Shown in pieces: positions 62,798 through 64,000 of a DNA stretch of 64,000 nt. The notes under the pieces are model-generated. The model saw only the letters and a list, made by a program, of their open reading frames with translations, did no database searches and was not told the DNA's origin. Every line of letters begins with the position of its first letter. Positions within the stretch are counted from its first letter, which is position 1. Both the position numbers and the translations under genes were made by a program. Origin of the DNA: Bradyrhizobium sp. (lineage in GTDB: Bacteria; Pseudomonadota; Alphaproteobacteria; Rhizobiales; Xanthobacteraceae); assembly GCA_041490045.1 (NCBI GenBank), contig JBGPSI010000005.1, positions 531 to 64,530 on the forward strand, in the 5' to 3' direction.

Positions 62798-63244
62798 ATG
62801 TTGAACATCGACGATCTGCTGCCCACCGCAAAAGATATTCGCAAACAATCCGCGCTCAAGGAAGCTGAAAAGGCCGACGAGCACATGCGCCTGATGGCCG
62901 CAGCCGAAGCCGAAAAGCAGGCGTTGGTCGACGAACTCACCAAACCATCGGGCCTTTCAGAAGACGAGAAGGTCAAACGCGCTTCCACAGTGATCCAGCG
63001 CGCGGTGAGAAACGGCCTCCACGAGGTCCAGGTCTATCGGTTCCCCAACGTCCTCTGCACGGACCGCGGCCGAGCCATCAACCAGATGGAGCCAGGCTGG
63101 GAAAACACGCTGACCGGAATGCCCAAGGAGATCTTTCACCTTTGGAAGGACTATCTGCAGCCGCGCGGTTACAAGATCGCGTATCAGATCATCGATTTCC
63201 CGGGTGGGGTGCCCGGAGATATCGGCATCACTCTGAGCTGGTAA
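62798..63244 (+). CDS. Conserved hypothetical protein
   Basis: AGGAG RBS; YRFPNVLCTDRGRAIN..EPGWENTL, IIDFPGGVPGDIG. Confidence 0.75.
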   Translation: MLNIDDLLPTAKDIRKQSALKEAEKADEHMRLMAAAEAEKQALVDELTKPSGLSEDEKVKRASTVIQRAVRNGLHEVQVYRFPNVLCTDRGRAINQMEPGWENTLTGMPKEIFHLWKDYLQPRGYKIAYQIIDFPGGVPGDIGITLSW

Positions 63245-63306
63245 CGCAGGATGCCTGCTCTTCGCGCATTCGAGTGATCAAGTCGGTCCAAACGGGGCAA
63301 ACGGCT

Positions 63307-64000
63307 ATGGCAAAGGACGAGGCGGATTCAAGAATGAAGCGCAAGCCCTATGAAAAGGAGCTGCGCAAACTGCAGGTCGACCTTTGTCATCTCCAACGAT
63401 GGGTGACCACCAAGGGGCTACGGGTCGTCATCGTGTTCGAAGGACGCGATGCCGCCGGCAAAGGCGGAACAATCCGGGCTCTCACCGAGAAAGTGAGCCC
63501 GCGCGTATTTCGCGTGGTGGCGCTGCCCGCTCCTTCCGATCGGGAAAAGACCCAAATGTTTTTCCAGCGGTACATGGAACACTTTCCCGCGGCAGGAGAA
63601 ATCGTCATCTTCGACCGTAGCTGGTACAACCGCGCCGGCGTCGAATACGTCATGGGCTTCTGCACCAGGGAGGAACACGAGCGTTTCCTTGAGCTTTGCC
63701 CGGAAGTTGAAAAATACATCGTCGACGCCGGTATCATCCTGATCAAGCTCTGGCTTGAAGCCGGCATGGAGGAGCAGGAGAAGCGTTTCGCGGCCCGGAT
63801 CGACGATCCGCTGCGGCAATGGAAATTGAGCCCGATGGATCTCGAATCCTATCGGCGCTGGTACGACTACTCAAAGGCGCGCGACTTGATGCTCAAGGCC
63901 ACCGATTCGAAACACGCGCCGTGGTACGTCGTTCGGTCCGAGGACAAAAAGCGCGCGCGGCTGAACTGCATCTCGCACTTGCTTAAGACGATTCCCCACA
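63307..64000 (+). CDS. ppk2: Polyphosphate kinase 2 (3' end outside window; absent from ORF track)
   Basis: Manual translation MAKDEADSRMKRKPYEKELRKLQ...VFEGRDAAGKGG...FDRSWYNRAGVE...WKLSPMD. Confidence 0.92.
   Translation, partial: MAKDEADSRMKRKPYEKELRKLQVDLCHLQRWVTTKGLRVVIVFEGRDAAGKGGTIRALTEKVSPRVFRVVALPAPSDREKTQMFFQRYMEHFPAAGEIVIFDRSWYNRAGVEYVMGFCTREEHERFLELCPEVEKYIVDAGIILIKLWLEAGMEEQEKRFAARIDDPLRQWKLSPMDLESYRRWYDYSKARDLMLKATDSKHAPWYVVRSEDKKRARLNCISHLLKTIPH

Larger units (their letters stand above)
50395..64000. mobile_element. Accessory / genomic-island-like region anchored at the tRNA-Lys 3' end (right end beyond window, no integrase seen)
   Basis: att-flank-like AAATCAAGCACTTAG, direct repeats GTGTGGGCA/GTGTCGGCA, visibly more AT-rich codons, gene remnants. 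Confidence 0.5.

Overview
High-GC alphaproteobacterial chromosome segment whose gene content, order and repeat types match Bradyrhizobium (recognised from memory, not searched). Positions 1-50394 are mostly core genome: the end of an ABC transporter/dehydrogenase/amidase operon, pxpBCA, the nitrite-assimilation unit nasT-nasS-nirA-flavoprotein, rimO, argD, qor, terC, pcs, a UbiH-type hydroxylase, hspQ, ialB, an orphan peptide-binding protein, mfd-sdhE/recG, glmU/glmS, the cyclic beta-glucan genes ndvC/ndvD/ndvB and tRNA-Lys(UUU). After the tRNA comes an accessory, island-like region with gene remnants, then a cluster with four FixK/FNR boxes: CoA-transferase, GNAT, HlyD, fabI, ackA, pta, DUF3141 and ppk2. 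The most interesting signals are missing from the ORF track. (1) A probably leaderless 29-aa, 12-Arg leader peptide with terminator/antiterminator architecture upstream of argD, a candidate arginine-sensing attenuator. (2) A ~420-nt structured minus-strand RNA-like element between sdhE and recG. (3) A ~100-nt three-hairpin sRNA candidate with anti-Shine-Dalgarno loops, placed exactly at class II distance from a perfect FixK box. All product calls come from motif recognition, not database searches.
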